From Coriobacteriia bacterium (lineage in GTDB: Bacteria; Actinomycetota; Coriobacteriia; Anaerosomatales; JAENZW01): DNA of 41,864 bases. The notes below the pieces were generated by a model. The model saw only the letters and a program-made list of their open reading frames with translations. It was not told where the DNA came from and did no database searches. The stretch is from assembly GCA_029858605.1 (NCBI GenBank), contig JAOUET010000001.1:1-41864 (forward strand), given 5' to 3'. A program made the position numbers and the translations under genes. Positions within the stretch are counted from its first letter, which is position 1. Every line of letters begins with the position of its first letter. Shown piece by piece: positions 18,205 through 26,521 of the stretch.

Positions 18205-19179
18205 ATGCGCACGTCTTACGCGGTCGGTGTCGATGTTGGCGGCACACGAATCGCCGTAGGTCTGGTAGAGCGCAAGGGACGGATCGTCAAAGACATCAAG
18301 ATTCTCACGCCGTCGGCCGGGCCTTTCGCCATCGTTGACGAAGTAATCGACCTCGTACAGGAGGTCTCTGCCGGCGTGCAAGACTCGGAGATAGCCGGCA
18401 TAGGAGTAGGCTTACCGGCGCAGATCGACTTCCTTCGGCAGTCAATCGAGTTCTGCACGAACCTTCCGCTTGCGGGCATAGACGTGCGAGCGCTCGTCAT
18501 GTCGCGCATCAGACACCAGGTGACCCTGGACAACGACGGGAACCTTGCCGCATTCGGCGAGTCCAGGTACGGAGCCGGCAAGGGCGCCCGAGACTTCTTG
18601 ATGCTCACACTGGGGACAGGAGTGGGTGGCGGTCTGTTCGTGAACGGAGAGCCCTATCGGGGATCCCGTGGGCTCGGTGGCGAGATCGGCCACATGGTGG
18701 TGCAGATGGACGGTCCGCCCTGCCCGTGCGGAGGGACGGGGCACATCGAGAGCTACCTTGGCCGGGCAGCCCTGGGCGCCAAAGGCAAGGAGGTTGCCGC
18801 GAGCTATCGCGGCCGCGCCATTCTCGACGAAGCTGGCGGGGACCCAGAGGAGATCACCGCTGAACATGTCGTAGGAGCAGCGCTCAAGGGCGATGAGGCC
18901 GCGGCACAGATCCTCATGGAGGCGGGAGTCATACTCGGAAGGGCTCTCGTCGGGATAGTGAATCTTCTGAATCCGAAGCTGATCGTGATCGGCGGCGGGA
19001 TCGGTGAAGCGTGCCCGTTCATGGTCGAACGGGCGGCCGAAGTGATTGGCGAGGAAGCACTCGCCGGCCGACGCGACGTTCATGTGGTACCTGCCGAACT
19101 CGGCAACGATGCCGGCGTGCTCGGCGCCGCCGCTCTCGCCTTCGACGAATACGACTCGCGCGAGGGGCTTCACCGCTAG
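18205..19179 (+). CDS. ROK-family sugar kinase (probable glucokinase)
   Basis: N-terminal VGVDVGGTRIAVGLV ATP-binding motif, ROK signature GGEIGHMVV, and the zinc motif CPCGGTGHIESY. Confidence 0.85.
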   Translation: MRTSYAVGVDVGGTRIAVGLVERKGRIVKDIKILTPSAGPFAIVDEVIDLVQEVSAGVQDSEIAGIGVGLPAQIDFLRQSIEFCTNLPLAGIDVRALVMSRIRHQVTLDNDGNLAAFGESRYGAGKGARDFLMLTLGTGVGGGLFVNGEPYRGSRGLGGEIGHMVVQMDGPPCPCGGTGHIESYLGRAALGAKGKEVAASYRGRAILDEAGGDPEEITAEHVVGAALKGDEAAAQILMEAGVILGRALVGIVNLLNPKLIVIGGGIGEACPFMVERAAEVIGEEALAGRRDVHVVPAELGNDAGVLGAAALAFDEYDSREGLHR

Positions 19180-19205
19180 TATCGTCGAAGACGAGGGGAG
19201 GCCGT

Positions 19206-20780
19206 GTGGCCGACGATCGCATCACCAGTATCGAGGAACGCGTCGGGATACTTCGCGTGAAGGCTGAGCGCGAGAAGATGGACGTTCCGACCGACGTACT
19301 GGAGTACATCGCTTCGAAGCACACCCTCGCTCACTCTCTCAAAGGCGCTCTGGTGCAAGTCATGGGGTTCGCTGCAGTGAAGCGCACTCCGATCGACATT
19401 GCGCTTGCGCGCAGGGCGCTCGGCGACACCGTCCCGGTCGACAGCGAGGAGACGGCTGCGAGCGAGGAGAGGGCCGATGGAGAGGCTGTGGTCGCGAGTC
19501 GGCAGGTGGCTGTGGGCGTCCCGGACGCCGACGTCGTCGACGAACCCGAAACGCTTGTGCCGGAGACTGTCGCATCGCACGCACCGGACAGGTCGGCCGA
19601 TCTCTCGTCGCCGACACAGCCATCGCTGGATCTGTCCGCCGGCTTTGCGATATCCGAGCCGATGCCGAGACGGCGTGTCTCGCGCGTCTTCTTCACCCCG
19701 ATGCGCACTGAGGGTAAGAAGAGTCTCGTCACCCGTGCAGGTCGACTGCTGGAGCGCGCGGGCCTCGCTGACGCCATCGAGGACGACGACCTCGTGGCGA
19801 TCAAGCTGCACTTCGGCGAGCAAGGAAACACCGGCTTCGTGAATCCGGTGTTCCTGCGTGAGGTCGTGGCGAAGGTTCGCGACGCTGGTGGCAAGCCGTT
19901 CCTTACGGACTCCAACACTCTCTACCGCGGCCAGCGCTTCAATGCTGTGGACCACGTCGCGTGTGCGGTGCACAACGGGTTCTCCTACGCGACAGTAGAT
20001 GCACCCGTCATTATCGCGGACGGTCTCGACGGCCGAGAGGCAGTCGACGTCCCGGTTTCCGGCAAGCACTTCGACACGGTGCGACTAGGCGCGGCCGGCG
20101 TTCACGCCGATGCGATGGTGGTCGTCACTCATGTGAAGGGTCACGAGGCAACCGGTTTCGGTGGTGCGCTGAAGAATGTCGGCATGGGGCTCGGTTGCCG
20201 CAGCGCAAAGCAGAGGATGCATTCGGACTTCATGCCGCAGCCGAATGCCGAGAAGTGCACGGGATGCGACCGATGCGTGAAGTGGTGTCCCGTGTATGCG
20301 ATAGCCGTGGGCCCCGATCGAGTCGCGCGCGTCGATTACGATCTGTGCTACGGGTGTGGCGAGTGCGTAGCAGCCTGCCCACACGGCGCAATCGCCATCC
20401 AGTGGAAGACTTCACCCCACGCCATTCAGGAGAAGATCGTCGAGCATGTGGCTGGTGCCCTCTCGGACAAGGCCGGCAAGGTCCTGTTTCTCTCCTTCGT
20501 GACCAACGTCTCGCCGGACTGTGACTGCTGGCACTTCTCGGACGCGAGCATCGTTCCCGATGTGGGCGTGCTTGCCTCGGCGGACATAGTCGCGATCGAT
20601 CAGGCCGCCTACGATCTCGTTGCGAAGGCACCGGGATTGGCCGGCACGCGCGGGGAGGGCCTGTCTGCGGGAACCGACAAGTTCGCCGAGGTTACCGGCA
20701 TCGACGGAACGATCGCGATGAAGTATGCGGAGGAGATGGGACTCGGTACTCGCGAGTACGAACTCGAGACGGTTGAGTGA
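19206..20780 (+). CDS. DUF362-domain protein with an inserted 2x[4Fe-4S] ferredoxin domain and a DnaA domain-IIIb (lid)-like N-terminal module
   Basis: GGGGAGG lies 5 nt upstream of GTG 19206. CTGCDRCVKWCP and CYGCGECVAACP cluster motifs sit inside a DUF362-like body (AIKLHFGE..., THVKGHEATGFGGALKN). The N-terminal 75 aa resemble the DnaA AAA+ lid. The 19011 start overlaps the ROK gene and was rejected. Confidence 0.8.
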   Translation: MADDRITSIEERVGILRVKAEREKMDVPTDVLEYIASKHTLAHSLKGALVQVMGFAAVKRTPIDIALARRALGDTVPVDSEETAASEERADGEAVVASRQVAVGVPDADVVDEPETLVPETVASHAPDRSADLSSPTQPSLDLSAGFAISEPMPRRRVSRVFFTPMRTEGKKSLVTRAGRLLERAGLADAIEDDDLVAIKLHFGEQGNTGFVNPVFLREVVAKVRDAGGKPFLTDSNTLYRGQRFNAVDHVACAVHNGFSYATVDAPVIIADGLDGREAVDVPVSGKHFDTVRLGAAGVHADAMVVVTHVKGHEATGFGGALKNVGMGLGCRSAKQRMHSDFMPQPNAEKCTGCDRCVKWCPVYAIAVGPDRVARVDYDLCYGCGECVAACPHGAIAIQWKTSPHAIQEKIVEHVAGALSDKAGKVLFLSFVTNVSPDCDCWHFSDASIVPDVGVLASADIVAIDQAAYDLVAKAPGLAGTRGEGLSAGTDKFAEVTGIDGTIAMKYAEEMGLGTREYELETVE

Positions 20781-20812
20781 TGTACGGGTGTTCCGGGTGA
20801 CGGGAGAGAAGT

Positions 20813-21994
20813 ATGGACTACGGGCGCGCCATCGGTGATGCGTTCCGCATGACGTTCACGTCCCGGGCCCAGTGGATCTGGGCGTTGATCTGGATGGCGA
20901 TCAACATCGCGGTCGTTGTGGTGTTCTACGCGATTCTCTTCGTTGTGGTCTTCGGCATCGTTGGCCTCTCGGCGGGTGCGGCATTCGATCCTGCCGCCGC
21001 TTCTAGCGACTCGGCCGCGTTCGAGAACGTCGGTGCGGGTATATGCGGGGCTTTCTTGATCGGTGCCTTGTTGGTGATGGCTTTGATCGTCGCGAGCACG
21101 TACGTCAGCGCGTGGTTGAGCGCGGGACTTGTGAGCATCGCCGCGCGGACCGCAGGGGGGCACCCGCCTCGGCTATCGGAGAGCTGGAGTATGGCAAGAG
21201 CCGATGCCAAGCGGGTTTGGGGTATCCAGTGGCTGTCCCTCTACCTGCCCGGATTCGTGATCGGCGTCGTGCTCTACATAGTCTTCGGCGTGGTCATGGT
21301 CGCCGCCGGCTTCGCGGCAGCCCCTTCGGGCGAGCTGACGCCCGATGCGCTGGGGCGCATGTTCCTGGGATTCGGCGTCTTCGGCCTGATACTCATGGTG
21401 GTCTACGGACTGCTGTACGCATGGTCGGAACTGTCGGTGCGCCATGCCGTTCTGGGCCGAATGCGTGCAACTCAGAGTCTAGGCGCGGGGATGCGGTCGT
21501 TCACTTCCCGGTTCGGCGGTACCATTCTCATTCTTCTCGTGATTGGCGCCGTCATGGTGGCGTGGTACGCGATCAGCTTCGGCGTTGGTTTCGTGCAGGC
21601 TCAGATTCCAGACATGCGAGTCTACTGGGTCGCGTACCTCTCCTGGCTTGTCATCACGCTTGTCGCGAGCATGTTGCTGGGGATTCTCTTCTCGAATCTG
21701 TGGACGATGTTCGGGTTCCAGGTGATCGCCGCATCGCCGCCTCCGGTGGCCCGGGCGGGCTACGCGCCTGCCGCCGCGTCGCCACCGCCACCTGCGCCGG
21801 GCGTTGTCGGCACCGGGGGCGTGCCGCAACCGCCGCATCCGCCGCAGCCACCGGAGCCGCCGCAGTACGCGCAGGGGCTGCCGCTGGCGCAGCCACAACC
21901 CGAGTCGTCTGACGTGGCGCGGCAGGAAGACCAGCCCGCAACCGTTGCCGACACCGAATCCGAGGAGGCGTCCGGCGAGTTCTTCGACGCCTAG
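20813..21994 (+). CDS. polytopic membrane protein with Pro-rich C-terminal tail
   Basis: GGGAGAG Shine-Dalgarno sequence. About 6-7 TM helices, then PPPVARAGYAPAAASPPPPAPG...PQPPHPPQPPEPPQY and an acidic end. No family recognised with confidence. Confidence 0.7.
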   Translation: MDYGRAIGDAFRMTFTSRAQWIWALIWMAINIAVVVVFYAILFVVVFGIVGLSAGAAFDPAAASSDSAAFENVGAGICGAFLIGALLVMALIVASTYVSAWLSAGLVSIAARTAGGHPPRLSESWSMARADAKRVWGIQWLSLYLPGFVIGVVLYIVFGVVMVAAGFAAAPSGELTPDALGRMFLGFGVFGLILMVVYGLLYAWSELSVRHAVLGRMRATQSLGAGMRSFTSRFGGTILILLVIGAVMVAWYAISFGVGFVQAQIPDMRVYWVAYLSWLVITLVASMLLGILFSNLWTMFGFQVIAASPPPVARAGYAPAAASPPPPAPGVVGTGGVPQPPHPPQPPEPPQYAQGLPLAQPQPESSDVARQEDQPATVADTESEEASGEFFDA

Positions 21995-22042
21995 GTGTGG
22001 GACCGTGCAAGGCGCATCGTGCCTTCGGCAAGGAACGGAGAG

Positions 22043-22897
22043 ATGAGCGCAGAGGGTCGCCTGCTCGTATGTGCGACGCCCATCGGAAACCTGGGCGACG
22101 TGACTCTGCGCGTCCTCGACGCACTGCGTGAGGCGGACGCTGTCGCTGCCGAAGACACGCGAGTGACGCGCAAGCTATTGTCGCGCTACGACATACATAC
22201 GCCGCTCGAGCGCTATGACGACAACACTGCCGCAGAGCGCACTCCGCGTCTCGTGGCGCGCGTTGCCGCCGGCGAGACGATCGCGCTGGTATCCGACGCA
22301 GGGACCCCGGGCATCTCGGATCCAGGTGCGGCTCTCATTCGGGCTTGCCTGGACTCAGGGCTAGACGTCGAGGTCCTTCCCGGCGCGAGTGCGATCATCG
22401 CCGCGCTCGTCGCGAGCGGCTTGCCGACACACGCGTTCTACTTCGGCGGTTTCCTGCCGAGGAAGTCGGCACAGCGGAAGCGTTTGCTGGAAGGATTGGC
22501 CTCGCTTGACGCCACGCTGCTCTTCTACGAGTCCGCTCGCCGTGTGGTGGCGACGCTCGAAGACGTGGCCGAAACGCTCCCGGGACGCTTCGTGGCCGTA
22601 GCTCGGGAGCTCACGAAGATGCACGAGGAGGTCGTGAGAGGGCCGGTCGCCGAAGTGGCGAAGGCATTCTCTGAGCGCGAAGTGAAGGGCGAGGTTGTTC
22701 TCGCGATTGGTCCATCATTGGCGGGCGAGGTCACCGAGCCGGACGTCGAAGCGATTGCCGAACGCATCGACGCTCTGGTTGTCGGGGGCTCCTCGATGAA
22801 GGACGCGGTCAGGCAGGTGGCTTCCGATACCGGCCTGCCGCGCAATCTCGTCTACGACATCGCGCACGAAAGGCGGACCGACCGGCCATCAAGGTGA
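22043..22897 (+). CDS. rsmI: 16S rRNA (cytidine1402-2'-O)-methyltransferase RsmI
   Basis: LLVCATPIGNLGDVTLRVLDALREADAVAAEDTRVTRKLL is the characteristic RsmI N-terminus. ATG 22043 is preferred; GTG 21995 is possible. Confidence 0.88.
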   Translation: MSAEGRLLVCATPIGNLGDVTLRVLDALREADAVAAEDTRVTRKLLSRYDIHTPLERYDDNTAAERTPRLVARVAAGETIALVSDAGTPGISDPGAALIRACLDSGLDVEVLPGASAIIAALVASGLPTHAFYFGGFLPRKSAQRKRLLEGLASLDATLLFYESARRVVATLEDVAETLPGRFVAVARELTKMHEEVVRGPVAEVAKAFSEREVKGEVVLAIGPSLAGEVTEPDVEAIAERIDALVVGGSSMKDAVRQVASDTGLPRNLVYDIAHERRTDRPSR

Positions 22898-22954
22898 TGC
22901 CGATCCGGACAGCCCTCGCGATACTGGCACCGTGACGATTCGGCCCGCGTGCGG

Positions 22955-23197
22955 CTAAGAAGTTCTGATCGTCCGCACGCAGTCCGAGCAGATCGGTCTG
23001 TCCTTGACTGTTGCGATGTCGTTGGGACTCCCGCAGATAGAGCAGACATCCTTGTGCTTCTCGAGGATGATGCGGTTTCCCTCGACCATGATCGCCATCG
23101 GGTCCTTCACGTTGATGCCGAGCGTGCGGCGAAGCTCCATGGGTATGACGATGCGGCCCAGGTCGTCGACTCGTCTTACGATTCCGGTGTCTCGCAT
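22955..23197 (-). CDS. abrB: AbrB/SpoVT-family transition-state-regulator-like DNA-binding protein with C-terminal CxxC...CxxC
   Basis: MRDTGIVRRVDDLGRIVIPMELRRTLGI closely matches the AbrB N-terminal swapped-hairpin domain. AAGGGG Shine-Dalgarno sequence before ATG 23197. Confidence 0.88.
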   Translation of the reverse strand: MRDTGIVRRVDDLGRIVIPMELRRTLGINVKDPMAIMVEGNRIILEKHKDVCSICGSPNDIATVKDRPICSDCVRTIRTS

Positions 23198-23314
23198 GAC
23201 AGCCCCTTTCACCATCGCTCGAACCAAGCCGCTACGATACGAAAAGCGGTATCATCGCGACGGAGTGCAACCAGACACTGCCAAGATTACCCAATTGACG
23301 GAGTCTCGTAACGC

Positions 23315-24868
23315 ATGAGCAGGCAGTCGTTCTACCTGACCACACCTATCTACTACGTGAACGCGGTACCCCACCTGGGTACCGCGTACACAACCGTCGC
23401 GTGCGATGCACTCGCTCGCTATCGGCGGATGACCGGACACGACACCTTCTTCTTGACCGGTCTCGACGAGCACGGCCAGAAGGTGGCTCAGGCGGCCGAG
23501 GAGAATGGCATGAGCCCCCAGGAGTGGTGCGACTCGATCGCGCCACGGTACCGCGAGGTCTGGGAGATGCTCCGCATCTCGAACGACGATTTCATCCGCA
23601 CGACTCAGGAGCGCCACAAGCGCGGCGTGCAGGCCTTCTGGCAGAAGCTCCACGACGACGGGTATCTGTACCAGGGTCACTACGAGGGCTGGTACTGCGT
23701 GCCGGATGAGACCTATTGGGCCGAGGGCCAGCTCGTCGACGGCAAGTGTCCTACCTGTGGTCGCGATGTCGACTTCATCCGAGAAGACAACTGGTTCTTC
23801 AAGCTCTCCGAGTTCCAGGACGAGCTACTCGCCCTATACGAGGAGCGGCCGCAGTTCGTTCGGCCCGAGAAGCGTCGCAACGAGGTCGTCTCCTTCGTCA
23901 AGTCGGGTTTGAAGGACTTGTCGATCTCGCGCACGACTTTCTCTTGGGGCGTGCCGCTGCCGTTCGCCGAGAATCATGTGACCTACGTCTGGATCGATGC
24001 TCTGCTCAACTACGTCACCGCGGTGGGCTACGGCGATCCAGAGAAGGAGATCCAGTTCGAACGACGCTGGCCCGCACAGGTCCACTTCGTCGGCAAAGAC
24101 ATCATTCGTTTCCACTGCGTGATCTGGCCGGCCATGCTCATGGCCGCCGGTCTTCCTTTGCCGGAGATGGTGTTCGCACATGGCTTCCTGCTCACCAAGG
24201 GCGAGAAGATGAGCAAGTCCAAGGGCAACGTGATGTCCCCCCAAGATCTGGTGGAGCGCTTCGGCGTGGACGCCTACCGCTACTACTTCCTGCGCGACGT
24301 GCGCTTCGGCGAGGACGGTTCTATCTCACTGGAGTCCATGGTCCAGCGATACAACGGGGATCTCGCAAACGATTGGGGCAACCTGTGTTCGCGCCTGTTC
24401 AACATGACCGAGAAGTACGTCTCAGGCGTAGTCCCGGCTCCGCCGACAGGTCCGCCCACCGACGCCGATGCGACGCTTCGGGCCCTCGCCGGCTTCCTTC
24501 CCGAGAAGTACGAAGCGGCGATGGAGAAGCTCGACTACGGCGCCGCGCTGGAAGCCACATGGGACCTCATCAAGGACGCAAACCGCTATATCGAGCAGGA
24601 AGCACCGTGGAACTTGGCGAAGGACGAGTCAAAGCGGGCGCGACTCGAGACGGTTCTGTTCAACGCGCTTGAAGCGGTGCGGATAGCCGCACTCTTCTGT
24701 GCCCCTGTTATGCCGGACACTTCGGCAGAGGTTTGGGCGCGGCTCGGTCTCGGGGACATACACGACGTCTTCGACATCGCGGCCGAGGGAGAGTGGGGCA
24801 GACTGCCCCAAGGAAGCCGCGTGACGAAAGGCGAACCGCTGTTTCCGCGCATATATGAGGACGTGTAG
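23315..24868 (+). CDS. metG: methionine--tRNA ligase (short form)
   Basis: YYVNAVPHLGTAYT (HIGH region), KMSKSKGN, and the CPTCGRD zinc knuckle. Confidence 0.93.
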   Translation: MSRQSFYLTTPIYYVNAVPHLGTAYTTVACDALARYRRMTGHDTFFLTGLDEHGQKVAQAAEENGMSPQEWCDSIAPRYREVWEMLRISNDDFIRTTQERHKRGVQAFWQKLHDDGYLYQGHYEGWYCVPDETYWAEGQLVDGKCPTCGRDVDFIREDNWFFKLSEFQDELLALYEERPQFVRPEKRRNEVVSFVKSGLKDLSISRTTFSWGVPLPFAENHVTYVWIDALLNYVTAVGYGDPEKEIQFERRWPAQVHFVGKDIIRFHCVIWPAMLMAAGLPLPEMVFAHGFLLTKGEKMSKSKGNVMSPQDLVERFGVDAYRYYFLRDVRFGEDGSISLESMVQRYNGDLANDWGNLCSRLFNMTEKYVSGVVPAPPTGPPTDADATLRALAGFLPEKYEAAMEKLDYGAALEATWDLIKDANRYIEQEAPWNLAKDESKRARLETVLFNALEAVRIAALFCAPVMPDTSAEVWARLGLGDIHDVFDIAAEGEWGRLPQGSRVTKGEPLFPRIYEDV

Positions 24869-24898
24869 GGGTCGGGATCGCACGACAAGGAGAACCGG

Positions 24899-25765
24899 AT
24901 GCGCAAAGGACCCGCCGAACTGCCCAGCCTCGGTGCCCAGATCGCCGATACCCATGCTCATCTCGTCATGTTGGACGATCCTGCGGGTGCACTCGAGCGC
25001 TCGACTACGGCCGGCGTCATGTTCATCGTTTCCGTTGCCGATGCAACCGAGAGTCCGGCTGCCACATACGGTGCTTTGCCGAAATGGCACGAGGAGGCAC
25101 AACGGCGCCTCGACCAGTGGGCGATCCCTCACGGCGAGCCGCCGGCCGTGCGCATCGTCATCGGTGTGCATCCACACAACGCCAACGATTTCGATGACGA
25201 GGCGGTGGAGGCGATCGCCACATATGCAAAGGATCCGCGAACTGTCGGCCTCGGGGAGATCGGCATCGATCTCTACTACGAGCATTCGCCGGCGGAGGTG
25301 CAGACCGAGGTCTTCCGCACGCAGCTGGCGATGGCTCACGAGTTGGACCTGCCTGCCGTGGTGCATCTTCGAGACGCATTCGAACAGGGAATCGCGGTTC
25401 TTCAGGACGTGGGATTGCCGAAGGCGGGCTGTGTGCTGCACTGTTTCACGGGTGACCGGGACATGATGGAGAGACTCGTCGATCTCGGTTGCCACGTGTC
25501 GTTCCCCGGTGTCGTCACCTTCCAGAAGGCCGATGCGCTGCGCGAAGCGGCCGCAGCGGTCCCGCTGGACAGGCTGCTTGTCGAGACGGACGCTCCTTTC
25601 CTGGCCCCGGTCCCGTTCCGAGGGAAGACGAACGAGCCGGCCTGGGCCACGTTCACGGTTGAGACGATCGCGAACCTTCGCAGCGAAGACACCGTGGATG
25701 TCGCAAAAGCCACGATCGGCAACGCACGTCGCCTGTTCAAGGACCCGGTTCCAAAGGGGGCCTAG
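24899..25765 (+). CDS. tatD: TatD-family metal-dependent hydrolase/DNase
   Basis: IADTHAHL..., EIGIDLYY and VVHLRDA motifs. Position after metG as in Bacillus yabD. Confidence 0.88.
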   Translation: MRKGPAELPSLGAQIADTHAHLVMLDDPAGALERSTTAGVMFIVSVADATESPAATYGALPKWHEEAQRRLDQWAIPHGEPPAVRIVIGVHPHNANDFDDEAVEAIATYAKDPRTVGLGEIGIDLYYEHSPAEVQTEVFRTQLAMAHELDLPAVVHLRDAFEQGIAVLQDVGLPKAGCVLHCFTGDRDMMERLVDLGCHVSFPGVVTFQKADALREAAAAVPLDRLLVETDAPFLAPVPFRGKTNEPAWATFTVETIANLRSEDTVDVAKATIGNARRLFKDPVPKGA

Positions 25766-25768
25766 TCG

Positions 25769-26386
25769 ATGGCGGACGATCCCCGTTCGCGCCCCGAGAC
25801 CCCCCTTGTCGTTTGCATTGCCGGCAGCCCGAGACGCCATGGCAACAGCGAGCAGATGCTCGATGCTTGCATTCGCGGCATCGAAGCCGCGGGCGGGGTG
25901 GCGGAGCGGATCGCGGTTGTCGAATACGGGATCAAGCCTTGTCAGGGCTGCAACGCCTGCTCGCTTACGGGTGAATGCGTAGTCCGCGACCGAATGCGAG
26001 AGATCTACCCGCGGCTGGACGCAGCTGACGCCATCGTGGTCGCGTCGCCTGTCTACTTCGCCACTGTGCCCGCCGTTCTCAAGGCGCTCTACGACAGGTG
26101 TCAGCCGTATTGGGCGCGCATCCACGTGCTGAAGGAGCCGCCCGCAGGTCCCAAGCGCCCGGGTGCGCTCCTTCTCGTTCGTGGTGGGGGTGACTCATTC
26201 GGATTCCAGGCGGCCGTCTACACGACGAAGAGCGTGTTCGCGGTACTCGGAGTCGAATGTGTCGAGCAGGTCAAGGTCGAGGGGCCGGACTCGCCGAGCG
26301 ACATCGGCAGACATCCTGATGCGTTGATGCGGGCAGAGGAAGTGGGGCGGAGCATCGTTGCGAGGGTCAGGGGGGTGGGAGGTTAG
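25769..26386 (+). CDS. iron-sulfur flavoprotein (NADPH-dependent FMN reductase / flavodoxin-like fold)
   Basis: IAGSPRRHGNSE, ASPVYFATVPAVLKALYDR, and the compact cluster motif CQGCNACSLTGEC (Cx2Cx2Cx5C) typical of Isf proteins. Confidence 0.8.
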   Translation: MADDPRSRPETPLVVCIAGSPRRHGNSEQMLDACIRGIEAAGGVAERIAVVEYGIKPCQGCNACSLTGECVVRDRMREIYPRLDAADAIVVASPVYFATVPAVLKALYDRCQPYWARIHVLKEPPAGPKRPGALLLVRGGGDSFGFQAAVYTTKSVFAVLGVECVEQVKVEGPDSPSDIGRHPDALMRAEEVGRSIVARVRGVGG

Positions 26387-26444
26387 GCCCGACTCCTACG
26401 GCCGTCGCTCGACCCGCCATGCCGTACCGTGGCGAAGTGCGGGT

Positions 26445-26474
26445 TTGGTGAGCGATTCCGCCTTGGGCTATAAT
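26445..26474 (+). promoter_or_regulatory. candidate sigma-70-type promoter of the yabE-like gene
   Basis: TTGGTG (26445-26450), an 18-nt spacer, then TATAAT (26469-26474), ~48 nt upstream of the ATG. Confidence 0.45.
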
Positions 26475-26521
26475 CTCGTTCCGTCACGTTGACGCATCGT
26501 TGACGACCATGAGAGGGGAGC

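Noticed and set aside
19011-19205. Upstream start (ATG 19011) for the DUF362 gene.
   Set aside because: It would overlap the ROK kinase by ~170 nt and add an Arg-rich nonsense-like peptide. GTG 19206 has a GGGGAGG Shine-Dalgarno sequence, and DnaA-lid-like homology begins right there.
23198-23314. Possible T-box or other leader upstream of metG.
   Set aside because: The divergent abrB-metG intergenic region is only ~117 nt, too short for a T-box. No specifier or T-box sequence was seen.
26387-26521. Possible cyclic-di-AMP (ydaO/yuaA) riboswitch upstream of the yabE/Rpf-like gene.
   Set aside because: The interval is only 135 nt, with a promoter-like TATAAT ~48 nt from the ATG. I could not find the paired pseudo-symmetric ACGGGG/CCGA-type elements.
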